DNA of 64,000 bases from a phage, in the NCBI GenBank assembly GCA_036930585.1, contig GCA_036930585.1_3066.1. The stretch is one strand, 5' to 3'. A program made the translations under genes and the position numbers. Positions 40,642 to 51,344 of this stretch are shown one piece after another. The notes beneath the pieces are model-generated. The model searched no databases. It was given only the letters and a program-made list of their open reading frames with translations, and was not told the DNA's origin. Numbering within the stretch: the stretch's first letter is position 1; each line of letters starts with the position of its first letter.

Positions 40642-41961
40642 TCATACATAAAACACATCATAACGACCACGGGTTACACCAACATAAAGAAGTTGTTGAG
40701 CCAATTCAGCATCTGCATAATGAATACAAGGCGTATAAATGAAAGCACGGTCTACAGACATGCCCTGTGCTTTATGGAATGTTGATGCAGGAAGTGCTTT
40801 CACTTTACTAAACTGTGATTTAGCATCCCAAAAATCACTCCACGGGGCTTTTCCGCCTTTATTCCAATTTTTATAAGTTTCTGCCGTTTTACCTAAAAAT
40901 AGGTTAAACTTATACAGTTCTTCATCAGATGAAATTATTTTAATCTTTTCACGATAATATTCATCATCGCCATAAGTTTCTACTGTTAAATCCCAATGAC
41001 GAATTAAGTATTCTCCAGGAACACCACGAGCTTTAACAAACGTCGATGTATACTCTGCTTCTATAATACGAACTAATTGTCCGTTATTAAAAATAATTTC
41101 TGACACAGGCTTTCCATCAATTTTATATGTTTTAATTAATGGTTCCTGCATTACAATAATTTCACCGACAATAAAATCTTTATCAGTTTCAAAAATCTTT
41201 TTACGAATAATGCTATTTAACTTGTCAACAGATTTATTCGTAAATGCCATTACGCGATTTTCAAACAAATCATCTAGTGATTTTACGATTGAAAAATAAT
41301 TTACCATAAAATCGCGTAAAGCGGTATCACCTGTAAATCCACGTACTCCATGCCCGTCAACAATTTTATCATAAATCCACTTACCGTTACGAACGTCAGT
41401 AGCTACATCAATAATAGGAGCATTACTGCGTTTAACTTCAGTAAGTTCACACTGATAAAAATCTTTGTGTGTAAAGAATGGACTGATATAAGCAGTGTTT
41501 TCTCCTGGGTCAACAGGTCTAATTTGCTTATTATCACCTATTCCAATTATAGTACACCAAGGTGGAATAGTTGAAAGCAGAATTTTAAATAGCTTTCTAT
41601 CATACATTGACACTTCGTCGCAGATTAATACCCTGCATTTAGCTAAATCTGGTACTTCCTTCTGTTCAAAAAGAACGTTTTCTTCATACGTAACTGGGTT
41701 AATTTTAAGAATACTGTGAATAGTATTCGCTTCTTTCCCCGACAGTTTTGAAAGAATCTTTTTAGCTGCATGTGTAGGAGCTGCCAAAATGATACCAGTT
41801 TCGCCTGTTGATATTAAAGCTTCAATGATGAACTTAGTAAGAGTAGTCTTACCAGTACCAGCAGGTCCATTAATAGTTACATGATGTTTCTTTTCTTTAA
41901 TAGCCCTCATAACGATGTTAAAGGCATTTTTCTGGCCTTCGGTCAAATCATCAAATGTCAT
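40642..41961 (-). CDS. dda: Dda DNA helicase (SF1B)
   Basis: 439-aa ORF with Walker A GPAGTGKTT and SF1 motifs. Confidence 0.95.
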   Translation of the reverse strand: MTFDDLTEGQKNAFNIVMRAIKEKKHHVTINGPAGTGKTTLTKFIIEALISTGETGIILAAPTHAAKKILSKLSGKEANTIHSILKINPVTYEENVLFEQKEVPDLAKCRVLICDEVSMYDRKLFKILLSTIPPWCTIIGIGDNKQIRPVDPGENTAYISPFFTHKDFYQCELTEVKRSNAPIIDVATDVRNGKWIYDKIVDGHGVRGFTGDTALRDFMVNYFSIVKSLDDLFENRVMAFTNKSVDKLNSIIRKKIFETDKDFIVGEIIVMQEPLIKTYKIDGKPVSEIIFNNGQLVRIIEAEYTSTFVKARGVPGEYLIRHWDLTVETYGDDEYYREKIKIISSDEELYKFNLFLGKTAETYKNWNKGGKAPWSDFWDAKSQFSKVKALPASTFHKAQGMSVDRAFIYTPCIHYADAELAQQLLYVGVTRGRYDVFYV

Positions 41962-42269
41962 CGGAAAGTCCCTGCAATTGGAATACTAACAATACGCCCA
42001 GTATCTAGAATTCGTTGATATAATCTTTGTGTATCTACATCAGGCTTAACATGTTTAACTTCTATTTTATTAAACCAAAACTTGCGTGGAGTCTCAACTA
42101 ATCTTGGAATTCCCTTACCTAAAGCTAATCGATACTGCTCTTTGAGAGTAGTAAAAACTCTATCAGCAATCTCTCTTTCAAAAAACACAGCAGGACGATG
42201 TTCATCAAGTGGAACTGGCGCCGTAAATCCGTCTTTGTCTCGGTAAACTATCGCATATACATAAACCAT
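41958..42269 (-). CDS. Hypothetical protein (103 aa)
   Basis: ORF track; ATGA-coupled to dda. Confidence 0.5.
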   Translation of the reverse strand: MVYVYAIVYRDKDGFTAPVPLDEHRPAVFFEREIADRVFTTLKEQYRLALGKGIPRLVETPRKFWFNKIEVKHVKPDVDTQRLYQRILDTGRIVSIPIAGTFR

Positions 42270-42270
42270 A

Positions 42271-43017
42271 TTATCCTCGGATAAGTTTAAAAATTGAACA
42301 ATTTAGCGGATATCCTCTTTTCAGTTTAAGTTTATCAATAAAAGACAAGTTTTGATACCGCTCTACACCTTGAATAATTTTATCACACATATCATATTGC
42401 ATTTCTGCTTCTGACAGCTTTTTCACAGTTTTCCAATCCGAGCCTTTAAGAAGAACGTTCAATTTAACAACTTCAGCGCCTTCTGCTATACGAGAACCAT
42501 CAATACGTGCTTTAAGTGCTATAATCCTTAGCTTAATGTCAGAGGTCTGTTTTGATTTAGAAAGCTGAGAAATGTGTTCAATTCGGTTTTCACGTTTTTT
42601 CTGTATAGCTTTAATTTGATTATAAGTCTTTTTGATTTTAGCCCATTTCTTTTCATCTAAATTTAGTTTATGAACTTTTTTCGCAGATGAACGACCAATT
42701 CGCAAAGCAAATAAATCACGCTTTTCAATCAACTCTTCTAAAGTATAATCAGAACGAAATGTATTATACTTTTTCTTTACTGCAATAACATTCCCTTTAA
42801 TGTATCCAACGTTATTATCAAAACGTTCTAATGATAATTTCTCTCCTTCAATACGATTATCAAAAGGTTCTCCTGAATAGGCACAAACTTTTTGATCTAA
42901 AATGTTCTTAATGTAATTGAAGTCTAAGTTAAAATCTTTAGAACGTCTTTTTGCAGATGCCTGAGTATGCTCTAGACGACGTTTAATTTTACGAATTTGG
43001 TTATTAGATAGCTTCAT
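42271..43017 (-). CDS. srd: Srd (sigma-like/anti-sigma protein)
   Basis: 248-aa basic ORF between dda and modA. Confidence 0.7.
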   Translation of the reverse strand: MKLSNNQIRKIKRRLEHTQASAKRRSKDFNLDFNYIKNILDQKVCAYSGEPFDNRIEGEKLSLERFDNNVGYIKGNVIAVKKKYNTFRSDYTLEELIEKRDLFALRIGRSSAKKVHKLNLDEKKWAKIKKTYNQIKAIQKKRENRIEHISQLSKSKQTSDIKLRIIALKARIDGSRIAEGAEVVKLNVLLKGSDWKTVKKLSEAEMQYDMCDKIIQGVERYQNLSFIDKLKLKRGYPLNCSIFKLIRG

Positions 43018-43140
43018 ATTTTTCTCACATCTTACGGACGGTTAACTACTTATACTATAACATTTTTACCTTAACTTGTAAACAACTTTATGTAAAAATG
43101 CTTTAAAACTTTCATGGTATAATGAATCTAAGTCCTTCCA

Positions 43141-43743
43141 TTATAGATTAAATCCTTCAAAATCAAGAGTATAGATAGTGTATGTTGAATACTTTTTGTA
43201 CTCATATCTATCTGCAATTCTAAATACACTTCCAGCTGGTATCATTACTTCTTGTTCATCTGAAACTAATTCCATATTACGATAACGATGGCTATCCGGA
43301 AACTTAAAGTTTGGATTGTATTCTTTACAACGTAGAGCTTTTATAGCATACTCCTGGAAATTGAATACCATAGGAGCTTTGAATTCAAAAATAACTTGTG
43401 TGTTATACTCTAAACCGGAAGCAAAATGTAGAGCTATATTTTTATCATATGAAGCTGATACGACTTTATCAAATGTAATAATATCAATTCCTTGATTTAA
43501 TACTCGCTTAGTCTCAGCTGGAACACCTCTCCAAAGAGGTTTATCGTTTGGTTCCAAACGAGATTTGATTATTTCATTTAACCAAATATGGTCATCTGGT
43601 TTATTAGTAATACAATGAATTAAAAGTTCAATTTCAGATAAATTAAACCCTTCAGAAAGTAATTCTTCACGAATAGAAGCACGCACCGATGCATCCATTG
43701 ATTTGATTTTAAAATCTTTTAATTGCATTGCTGAATATTTCAT
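43141..43743 (-). CDS. modA: ADP-ribosyltransferase ModA
   Basis: 200-aa ORF; paralogous to adjacent modB. Confidence 0.8.
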   Translation of the reverse strand: MKYSAMQLKDFKIKSMDASVRASIREELLSEGFNLSEIELLIHCITNKPDDHIWLNEIIKSRLEPNDKPLWRGVPAETKRVLNQGIDIITFDKVVSASYDKNIALHFASGLEYNTQVIFEFKAPMVFNFQEYAIKALRCKEYNPNFKFPDSHRYRNMELVSDEQEVMIPAGSVFRIADRYEYKKYSTYTIYTLDFEGFNL

Positions 43744-44363
43744 TCAACTACCTCAATATCATAAACTTTAAATGTTCCAAATGAATCGTGTAATTTTTCT
43801 TTTGAAATAGAAGTTATTCTATACTTTCCAATTGGAATCATCCATTCTTGTTCACGCACAATCATCATTAAGTTATCAGTACGCTCTGAATCTAGCCCAT
43901 CAGTATCTTCATACGTGTACTTAAACTCAGTATTAGGAGAAGAAAGTATAATATCGCTGATATGGTCAGAATAATTAAAAGCTTTATCAGTTTTTAAGCG
44001 AAATATTATTTCAGTGAAATACTCAACATAAGAAAAACCACATGCTGTGTGCAAACTAGTAGTAAATGAATCTACCCTATTCGTTGAAAACACTTCTCCA
44101 ACTTGTAAATCTTTAATGAGTTCTTTTGTCGATTTTGATATACCACGATATAACTGATAAGGTGATTTAGTTAAATGCTTTTTAACGATTTTATTCAACT
44201 GCCGATGAAGAGCTTCATTCTTTTTAGCTTCCATACATTGCCAAAGAATTGACTGCTCAAAGTCAGTAAATTTTTCACAGACTTTTTTATACATATCATA
44301 TTGAAAATCAACGCTTTCAGCTTTTATAGATAACTGTTCAACATCTGCAAGATTAATAATCAT
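43740..44363 (-). CDS. modB: ADP-ribosyltransferase ModB
   Basis: 207-aa ORF ATGA-coupled to modA. Confidence 0.8.
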   Translation of the reverse strand: MIINLADVEQLSIKAESVDFQYDMYKKVCEKFTDFEQSILWQCMEAKKNEALHRQLNKIVKKHLTKSPYQLYRGISKSTKELIKDLQVGEVFSTNRVDSFTTSLHTACGFSYVEYFTEIIFRLKTDKAFNYSDHISDIILSSPNTEFKYTYEDTDGLDSERTDNLMMIVREQEWMIPIGKYRITSISKEKLHDSFGTFKVYDIEVVE

Positions 44364-44430
44364 GATAGCCTCCGTATACTTCAGAAGCTATCATATCATC
44401 GTTAGAAAGGAAAGTAAACAACTTTTTGAA

Positions 44431-44613
44431 TTATTTTGCCCAGGGAGCCCAAGGCGGAGGGTCAAGATGGTATGAAGCTAGTTCTTCTAGAAGAGCATCT
44501 GGGGCTTCAATTCCATAATTCTGTAATACTATACGGTACTCTTTCTTATAATCACTAGAATCATTCTGGTTATTCGTAGAATGATTATCTTCTAACATCT
44601 CAAATAAATCCAT
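44431..44613 (-). CDS. Hypothetical protein (60 aa)
   Basis: ORF track. Confidence 0.4.
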   Translation of the reverse strand: MDLFEMLEDNHSTNNQNDSSDYKKEYRIVLQNYGIEAPDALLEELASYHLDPPPWAPWAK

Positions 44614-44621
44614 ATTAATTC

Positions 44622-45092
44622 CTAGCGATAAAAACCAAATTGACGATTAGCTTCAATAATCTTTCTTTCTTCTTCGGACATTCTCCAACGTAGTCCAACA
44701 TCAAAATGAGCCCAGACCATCTTAACAAATGCATTTATATCTTTAATATCTTCAATAATGAATGTTTTACTTTTAGAAGGTTGACTCACTAATTTAACTT
44801 TATCATCTTCAAACAGGTCAAAAAGACCATATTCATGAGCTCTTTTATAGCCTTTAATAGTTAAAGCTTCAGAAGAAGAAAACGGTGAATCTGTATTCTG
44901 CAAAATATCTTCAGTATGCTTTATAATTAGAATAACATTTTCTGGATATTTTCTTTCTTTTATATCTTTAATTAAAAAATCCGGATTTTCTGCTAAAGGA
45001 ATAATTAATGAGCATTTTTTACCAAGAGTATTTACTGATTTACCTTCTTTAGACATGAATTCTACTGAATAATGTTTTGCTACTTCAATCAT
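44622..45092 (-). CDS. Hypothetical protein (156 aa)
   Basis: ORF track. Confidence 0.5.
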   Translation of the reverse strand: MIEVAKHYSVEFMSKEGKSVNTLGKKCSLIIPLAENPDFLIKDIKERKYPENVILIIKHTEDILQNTDSPFSSSEALTIKGYKRAHEYGLFDLFEDDKVKLVSQPSKSKTFIIEDIKDINAFVKMVWAHFDVGLRWRMSEEERKIIEANRQFGFYR

Positions 45093-45249
45093 GTGATTTC
45101 CTTTTGCCTACTAATGGACCATCGGGAATTTTGTTTTCCTGGATATATTTCTCATTTTCTTCCATCATTTTACTGCCAATTTTAAGAAGCAAATCCAGTG
45201 CTTCATTTGCTTTTGCTTTAGCCTCTTCTAACGTTATATCTTTGTTCAT
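45085..45249 (-). CDS. Hypothetical small protein (54 aa)
   Basis: [21 protein letters not shown]...; ATGA-coupled upstream; not in track. Confidence 0.35.
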   Translation of the reverse strand: MNKDITLEEAKAKANEALDLLLKIGSKMMEENEKYIQENKIPDGPLVGKRKSHD

Positions 45250-45449
45250 GATTTATCACCATAGATGTCTCTCATCAATTTAAGCGCTGAGCGTTCTAAT
45301 TTCTTTTCTTTCTCAGCACTAATCATTGATTTCATCCATTCTTCCGATTCGTTCTGCATTTCTTTATTTGCTTGTTCAACCCAACCATCGTCAATATACA
45401 TTGAGTTTGGTCTATTGAACCATTCAAGAATCTTCTTGGGAGCTTTCAT
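45246..45449 (-). CDS. Hypothetical protein (67 aa)
   Basis: ORF track. Confidence 0.45.
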   Translation of the reverse strand: MKAPKKILEWFNRPNSMYIDDGWVEQANKEMQNESEEWMKSMISAEKEKKLERSALKLMRDIYGDKS

Positions 45450-45921
45450 TTATTTTACCTAAAACAATAGTAGGAGCATCGTCAAATTTATGAATTTTTA
45501 GTAAATTTGGATTTAACTTATTCCATAAAGAGGTAATAAAATATGATAGCGCACTTTCGTCCGTAATTATAAATTTATTTCCTTTATCTATTTTCCAATC
45601 ATATATTGAATCATATGAATAGAAGGATAACGGTTTATTATTATAATATGCTTCACTAACATCAATATAGTTAGATTTAGTAAATGCTTGAATTGCCATA
45701 AATGGAGAATTTTGTACAGTTTCAATAATTCCGATCTTTTTAAGTTTTATTTCAACATCTTCTGGAATTGGCATTGAAATAAAATCTTCTACTAGATACA
45801 TGTTATTGTCATATCTTTTATCAATCATTACTGCTACGGTAATTGGAACATCCTTGACAAACGCCATACTAATACTATTGATAGACATTTCAAACAAAAT
45901 TGCTTCCATAATTTTCCTCAA
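45424..45921 (-). CDS. Hypothetical protein (165 aa; mrh-region)
   Basis: ORF track. Confidence 0.45.
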   Translation of the reverse strand: MRKIMEAILFEMSINSISMAFVKDVPITVAVMIDKRYDNNMYLVEDFISMPIPEDVEIKLKKIGIIETVQNSPFMAIQAFTKSNYIDVSEAYYNNKPLSFYSYDSIYDWKIDKGNKFIITDESALSYFITSLWNKLNPNLLKIHKFDDAPTIVLGKINESSQEDS

Positions 45922-46259
45922 TCACAAGATGTAGATGAACAACTAGAATCACAAGAACTTCCACATGAATCACCTGCCCATACGTGAACAGGAACATTTG
46001 TATCATATGAATCAGAACTAGACTGTGTTTTCTGTGCATTAGATGATGTAGTAGGTATTGACCAGCGCCAAGGATTTTTATAATATTCTTGGGCTTCTTC
46101 ATAAGTCATAGTAACTGCTTCTACTGTTCCATCTCCCATATAAACATACTCAACTACAGTTAAAGGAAGGTAGTCATTTGAAATAGGAACTACACCTTCT
46201 CCGGGAGTTGTAGAGAAAAAATCCGTAAAGAAACTTTTAAACCAATTAAAGATAAACAT
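45918..46259 (-). CDS. Hypothetical protein (113 aa, Cys-rich C-terminus)
   Basis: ORF track. Confidence 0.45.
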   Translation of the reverse strand: MFIFNWFKSFFTDFFSTTPGEGVVPISNDYLPLTVVEYVYMGDGTVEAVTMTYEEAQEYYKNPWRWSIPTTSSNAQKTQSSSDSYDTNVPVHVWAGDSCGSSCDSSCSSTSCD

Positions 46260-46465
46260 TACAAAAAGCCTCTTTTGAATTCAACTTGCTTCTCACCATA
46301 ATCATATCGAATCTCTGCATTAAATTCAACAGAACCATCTGCGTACATCATAAATGAATGCACAACAACTTCTGTAGACCATGGTTGTAGTTCATATTTC
46401 TTCATTACGTGTCGTGAAATGATAATATCTAAATCTTCATTCGGTTTAATCCAACGATTTAACAT
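46259..46465 (-). CDS. Hypothetical protein (68 aa)
   Basis: ORF track. Confidence 0.45.
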   Translation of the reverse strand: MLNRWIKPNEDLDIIISRHVMKKYELQPWSTEVVVHSFMMYADGSVEFNAEIRYDYGEKQVEFKRGFL

Positions 46466-46493
46466 AGCGCTCTCCTCTATAAGATAATTCTAT

Positions 46494-46523
46494 TATACCA
46501 TACTCATTTTGGAAAGTAAACCA
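46494..46523 (-). promoter_or_regulatory. Early promoter (GTTTAC -35, TGnTATAAT extended -10)
   Basis: Minus strand GGTTTACTTTCCAAAATGAGTATGGTATAAT. Confidence 0.5.
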
Positions 46524-46527
46524 TTTA

Positions 46528-46554
46528 AATGAAAAAGGACTCCCGAAGGAGTCC
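46528..46554 (-). terminator. Intrinsic terminator downstream of soc
   Basis: GGACTCC-UUCG-GGAGUCC then UUUUUCAUUU on minus strand. Confidence 0.6.
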
Positions 46555-46580
46555 TTGAATTATTAACCACCAGTTACTTT

Positions 46581-46808
46581 TCACAAATCTTCGTTTGCAG
46601 CAATCCATTCAGTACGCTGATTTTCTTCATATACAGTAGTATATGCTGCTTTTTCTGAAGGGAACGTCTGGTAATGAGCACCAGAAATTTTGTGAACGTC
46701 AGAATAAAGAGGGAAAGCTACTGAAATTTCCTTTCCTTTAATTTTCTTATTTCCATCTAATTTCTGCTCAAATGTTTTGATATTAACATAACCGCGAGTA
46801 CTAGCCAT
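46581..46808 (-). CDS. soc: Small outer capsid protein Soc, ending at a TGA five to six codons early
   Basis: MASTRGYVNIKTFEQKLDGNKK...AANEDL then TGA; frame continues AAA GTA ACT GGT GGT TAA (KVTGG*). Confidence 0.8.
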   Translation of the reverse strand: MASTRGYVNIKTFEQKLDGNKKIKGKEISVAFPLYSDVHKISGAHYQTFPSEKAAYTTVYEENQRTEWIAANEDL

Positions 46809-46876
46809 GTAATTCTCCTTTTATTTAAATTACATGATTATTTATAATAAATTCTCGCGGCTTTTAAGACGAGCTG

Positions 46877-47392
46877 TTAATAACCTCGGTCTTGACGTTC
46901 AAAATTATGTTTGTTTTTCAAATAATAAAGTTTAAAGATTTCTTCCGCATTCATTCCAAGGCCAGCAAACATATTTAATACGAAATGAAATATATCCACA
47001 AGCTCAAATTTAATTTCGAGCTGATCTTCTGGGGACATTTCATCAATGCGTTTTTCTTGCGCTTCAATATAACGTGCTTTCCATTTTTTCCAAACTGCCG
47101 ATGCATCTTTTTCACCACGTGACATTTCACCAAGAGAAGTCAGAAGTTCGCGGAATTCATCGTCAATGCAGTCTTTTTGTTCACGCATCCAAGAAACAAC
47201 ATCACCGGCAGTTTCTAATTTATCTGGATGATAGCAGTATTCGCGGTCATTTGCTAAACGAATCTGCAGAGATTTCTGCATGTCAAGCATTACCTGCAGC
47301 GGGTCTTTTTCATCACCGAGAATATCCCAATATTCATTTTGAGCTTTATCAGCGCCTTCGATCAGTTGACTACATTCGTTAAAGTAAGCCAT
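46877..47392 (-). CDS. 56: dCTPase/dUTPase gp56
   Basis: 171-aa product from ATG 47392 (MAYFNECSQ...). Confidence 0.8.
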   Translation of the reverse strand: MAYFNECSQLIEGADKAQNEYWDILGDEKDPLQVMLDMQKSLQIRLANDREYCYHPDKLETAGDVVSWMREQKDCIDDEFRELLTSLGEMSRGEKDASAVWKKWKARYIEAQEKRIDEMSPEDQLEIKFELVDIFHFVLNMFAGLGMNAEEIFKLYYLKNKHNFERQDRGY

Positions 47393-47427
47393 TATTTTTC
47401 CTTTCAATTCATTAATAAGTTAAATAA

Positions 47428-48240
<813 letters not shown>

Positions 48241-48342
48241 TCATTTATTGCAGCAAAAAACGAATTATATAATTCTTCATCATATGTATTTGATAGTAAT
48301 ACTAACACGTTTTGCGATAAATATTAATTTAAAGGAGGACAT

Positions 48343-48543
48343 ATGGCACAAAAATTAATGGCACTTGTTAATGCCATCAAAGGTAATAAAAAACGTATAG
48401 CTTTTACTATTTCTGCTATGATAGGAATTTTACTTTGGAATTTTGTTTTATCGCCAGTTGCTATTGCTCATGGTGTTAGTATTCCAGTAGTTACTCTTGA
48501 TACATTCGTAGATCTAGCATTTGCTTTAGTTGGGTTAATTTAA
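48343..48543 (+). CDS. Small membrane protein (66 aa), opposite orientation to flanking early genes
   Basis: AAAGGAGG SD 6 nt before ATG; two hydrophobic segments; stop overlaps gene 61 stop. Confidence 0.5.
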   Translation: MAQKLMALVNAIKGNKKRIAFTISAMIGILLWNFVLSPVAIAHGVSIPVVTLDTFVDLAFALVGLI

Positions 48544-49571
48544 ATCTTGGCATATTTAGATAACCGCATTTTAGCCATTAACCCCTGGGCAATATTATTT
48601 TTCATATATTCCACAATTTGTTCAGGGGTTGCACCTTCCTTTCTAATCATATCATTAACATCTTTTGATTTCCAGGGAGATTTATCCCAAAACATAACCC
48701 TTTCTCCTGCATCAACTAATTTAGTCATTCGCTTGATAGTGTCAGGGTGACGAGGTTCATTATCTAAAACCCACACTCGTCTATCTTTAAATGGAACAAC
48801 TTCTAGGTCTAATTGACCACCCGTAATAGCTATACCATTTTCAATAAAAAGTGAATCTATAGGTCCTTCTAGAACATATACATCACCATCTTTAACTCGT
48901 TCGACTCCATATATTTTTGTTGCCTCAGGATAAGCTTTGATGGTGATATATTTTTGAGGAGCATCTTTCTTTAATGCACGTCCTTGAAAAGACTCAGCTT
49001 TTCCGTTAGCATTATAAATTGGAATAACAAGACGAGGCTCAGGTGTTTCCTTTTTATATGTTCCTGGAGCTATACTATTAACTAATTTAGGCCATTCAGT
49101 TGTAAACCAAAGATATTTCCATTTATCCTTTGGAATACAACGAGCTTTTACATATTTTATAATTGGATGGTCTTCCGCCAATTTATCTAATCTGATGCAT
49201 GACGGAAGAGATTTAATTATTTTCTTCTCAGGTTGTTTAGGAAGTTCTTTAGGTTTTTCTACTGGACGACTTTTACCTTTTTCTTTTCTTATTTCAAAGA
49301 TATACTCACGATATAAATCAGGTTCAAACTCCTTTAAATATATTCCGATTGGTGCATGATAGTTACAGTTATAACAATGAATATTTCCTTCATTATTATC
49401 ATCGCCATAATACCATCCACGGGCTTTATTTTGATCGGTTTTTGAATCTCCACAAACGGGACATCTAAACCGTAATTTAAAAGTTGAACTATTATTTACT
49501 TGTGCGAATTTAGGTAAATGAGCCAATGCACGGTATGCAAACTCATTATCAATCCAAGGTATTGATGACAT
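48540..49571 (-). CDS. 61: DNA primase gp61
   Basis: 343-aa ORF with N-terminal zinc ribbon (CPVCGDS...CYNC) and TOPRIM region. Confidence 0.95.
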   Translation of the reverse strand: MSSIPWIDNEFAYRALAHLPKFAQVNNSSTFKLRFRCPVCGDSKTDQNKARGWYYGDDNNEGNIHCYNCNYHAPIGIYLKEFEPDLYREYIFEIRKEKGKSRPVEKPKELPKQPEKKIIKSLPSCIRLDKLAEDHPIIKYVKARCIPKDKWKYLWFTTEWPKLVNSIAPGTYKKETPEPRLVIPIYNANGKAESFQGRALKKDAPQKYITIKAYPEATKIYGVERVKDGDVYVLEGPIDSLFIENGIAITGGQLDLEVVPFKDRRVWVLDNEPRHPDTIKRMTKLVDAGERVMFWDKSPWKSKDVNDMIRKEGATPEQIVEYMKNNIAQGLMAKMRLSKYAKI

Positions 49572-49573
49572 TT

Positions 49574-49738
49574 TTACTCTTCTTTTTCTTTAGATTCCTC
49601 TTTTTTCTTTTTAGGAATCTGTTCAGGACCTTTATTTACTACAGCGCCTGACGTTGTTCCAGTAGAGATATTTTCAGGACTACCACCTGAATCTCCAGCG
49701 ACCATATCTTCTTTGATAAATTCTTTATATGTTTTCAT
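49574..49738 (-). CDS. Hypothetical protein (61.1-like, 54 aa)
   Basis: MKTYKEFIKEDMVAGDSGG...; TAATATG junction with upstream gene. Confidence 0.45.
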   Translation of the reverse strand: MKTYKEFIKEDMVAGDSGGSPENISTGTTSGAVVNKGPEQIPKKKKEESKEKEE

Positions 49739-49784
49739 ATTAACCTCTATTCATAAAAGCATTAAAAATTTGGTCATCAATAGA
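49736..49784 (-). repeat. 49-bp direct repeat, copy 1 (3' end of the 61.2-paralog plus RBS/start of 61.1)
   Basis: 37-nt perfect match plus 12 nt with 2 mismatches to 50094..50142. Confidence 0.85.
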
Positions 49785-50096
49785 TGGCGCAGTAATATTT
49801 TCTGCATCATTTAGCAAATCATTAATTTCATCAGATAGCATAACACACGTACCTTTATTTCCTGTAATTGTTACTGCACAATTACGAACGTTTTCTTTAT
49901 CAAATTTTAGGTTAATATTTTCATAGTGAAAATCCTTTAATGCCGAATATATCTTTAAAATGAAATTGTCTTTTACTACAATAAACCCAACCTCACTATT
50001 AAAACGCGGTTCATGGAAACTGTAATAAACCTTTTCATCTATAAAATCGTATGAAATTTTTTCCATTTTTAAATATGAAAATTCAGAACTATACAT
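49740..50096 (-). CDS. 61.2-like single-domain paralog (118 aa)
   Basis: Homologous to C-terminal half of 61.2 (…EVGFIVVKDNFILKIY…) and identical last 13 aa SIDDQIFNAFMNRG. Confidence 0.6.
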   Translation of the reverse strand: MYSSEFSYLKMEKISYDFIDEKVYYSFHEPRFNSEVGFIVVKDNFILKIYSALKDFHYENINLKFDKENVRNCAVTITGNKGTCVMLSDEINDLLNDAENITAPSIDDQIFNAFMNRG

Positions 50097-50142
50097 ATTA
50101 ACCTCTATTCATAAAAGCATTAAAAATTTGATCGTCAATAGA
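50094..50142 (-). repeat. 49-bp direct repeat, copy 2 (3' end of 61.2 plus RBS/start of the paralog)
   Basis: See copy 1. Confidence 0.85.
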
Positions 50143-50730
50143 AACTTTTACTTTAGGCTGTTCTTCAAACGGTAATTCATATCCACATATTACAATTTTG
50201 TGATCGATACCAAAATACACAGAAGCAATATGATTAATGATGTTTTCAGTAAAGTCTAAATTAACATCAATATCTTTTTGACCACAGCCCAAAGGATAAA
50301 TAATGCGAGTAATTCGATTATCTTTAACAAATATTCCACCGACATACTCTGTGCTGCGTTTAAAGTTTACACGTTTCCTAAATGAAAAATATTCAGGTTC
50401 TTTATGGGCTCGACTCATAGGGCTTAAAGTGTATTCCGAATATGAAATATCAAATCCTACACCTTCAATATGAGCCAAAGTGTCATGATTAAACCAATTA
50501 TAATCGTATGCCAAATCCATTAAATTGTAATATGTGAAAGGCACCGGATTAACATCATATGTTGTACCTTTAAAATCTGCCCAGGCAACGATTTCGTTAT
50601 CTTTAACAATTACAAAAATTGTGCCAATAAGATATCCACGGTTATTTTCATCGGGCGTTATATTATAACATTGTGCATCAGGAAATTTACCGTATTTAAA
50701 CGGTGGATTTTTGTGCATATAATAAATCAT
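50098..50730 (-). CDS. 61.2: Gene 61.2 protein (two-domain, 210 aa)
   Basis: Two internally repeated ~100-aa domains each with G(I/F)(F/V)VKDN motif; position next to sp. Confidence 0.65.
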   Translation of the reverse strand: MIYYMHKNPPFKYGKFPDAQCYNITPDENNRGYLIGTIFVIVKDNEIVAWADFKGTTYDVNPVPFTYYNLMDLAYDYNWFNHDTLAHIEGVGFDISYSEYTLSPMSRAHKEPEYFSFRKRVNFKRSTEYVGGIFVKDNRITRIIYPLGCGQKDIDVNLDFTENIINHIASVYFGIDHKIVICGYELPFEEQPKVKVSIDDQIFNAFMNRG

Positions 50731-50731
50731 A

Positions 50732-51025
50732 TTATTCGCCTGTGATTTCGGTTACGATATTTTTATTATTGAAGTTTTTATCACAATACAGAACGTAATT
50801 ATACTGCATTACACCACCAGACTTAAGCTGTTTTTGTACTTCAGCTTTCATTTCAGGACGATCACGTTCAACGATATTCATAATATCCGCTTCAATTTGA
50901 GTTTCAACTTCAGTCTGATCTGCAGTCATAGACCATTCGCACAAATCTTTGTCATAACCCGCCATAGCAGGCTGAGCAGCGCAAGAAGATAAAGCAAAAA
51001 TTGCAGCAAAGATAAATTTTTTCAT
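50732..51025 (-). CDS. sp: Spackle (periplasmic inhibitor of superinfecting phage lysozyme)
   Basis: 97-aa ORF with signal peptide MKKFIFAAIFALSSCAAQPAMA. Confidence 0.8.
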   Translation of the reverse strand: MKKFIFAAIFALSSCAAQPAMAGYDKDLCEWSMTADQTEVETQIEADIMNIVERDRPEMKAEVQKQLKSGGVMQYNYVLYCDKNFNNKNIVTEITGE

Positions 51026-51085
51026 GATAATCTCCTCAGTAGTTTATGTTTATATAGTATCTCAATTTCCAACAAAAGTAAATAG

Positions 51086-51343
51086 TTATTTTAAAACTTC
51101 TGCATAATCACATGTTACAAACTGTTTCTCTAACTTGGCGATTTTACGAAAGTATCTTTTGCATTGACGAATCTGTCGCTTTGTAGGGCGCACAGCAAAC
51201 TTAATAAATTCCACTCGACCAAATGGAGGGCTTTCTTCTGCCGGAATATCTAATACTAATTCCCACGTATCCGCAATAAGCGCTTTGAATTGCGTATTTT
51301 TCCTGACGTTATACGGAGTAGGTTTAAATAAAACAATATGCAT
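51086..51343 (-). CDS. 61.4: Gene 61.4 protein (85 aa)
   Basis: Start moved to ATG 51343 (TAATATG junction with dmd, GAGGA SD). Confidence 0.55.
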   Translation of the reverse strand: MHIVLFKPTPYNVRKNTQFKALIADTWELVLDIPAEESPPFGRVEFIKFAVRPTKRQIRQCKRYFRKIAKLEKQFVTCDYAEVLK

Positions 51344-51344
51344 A

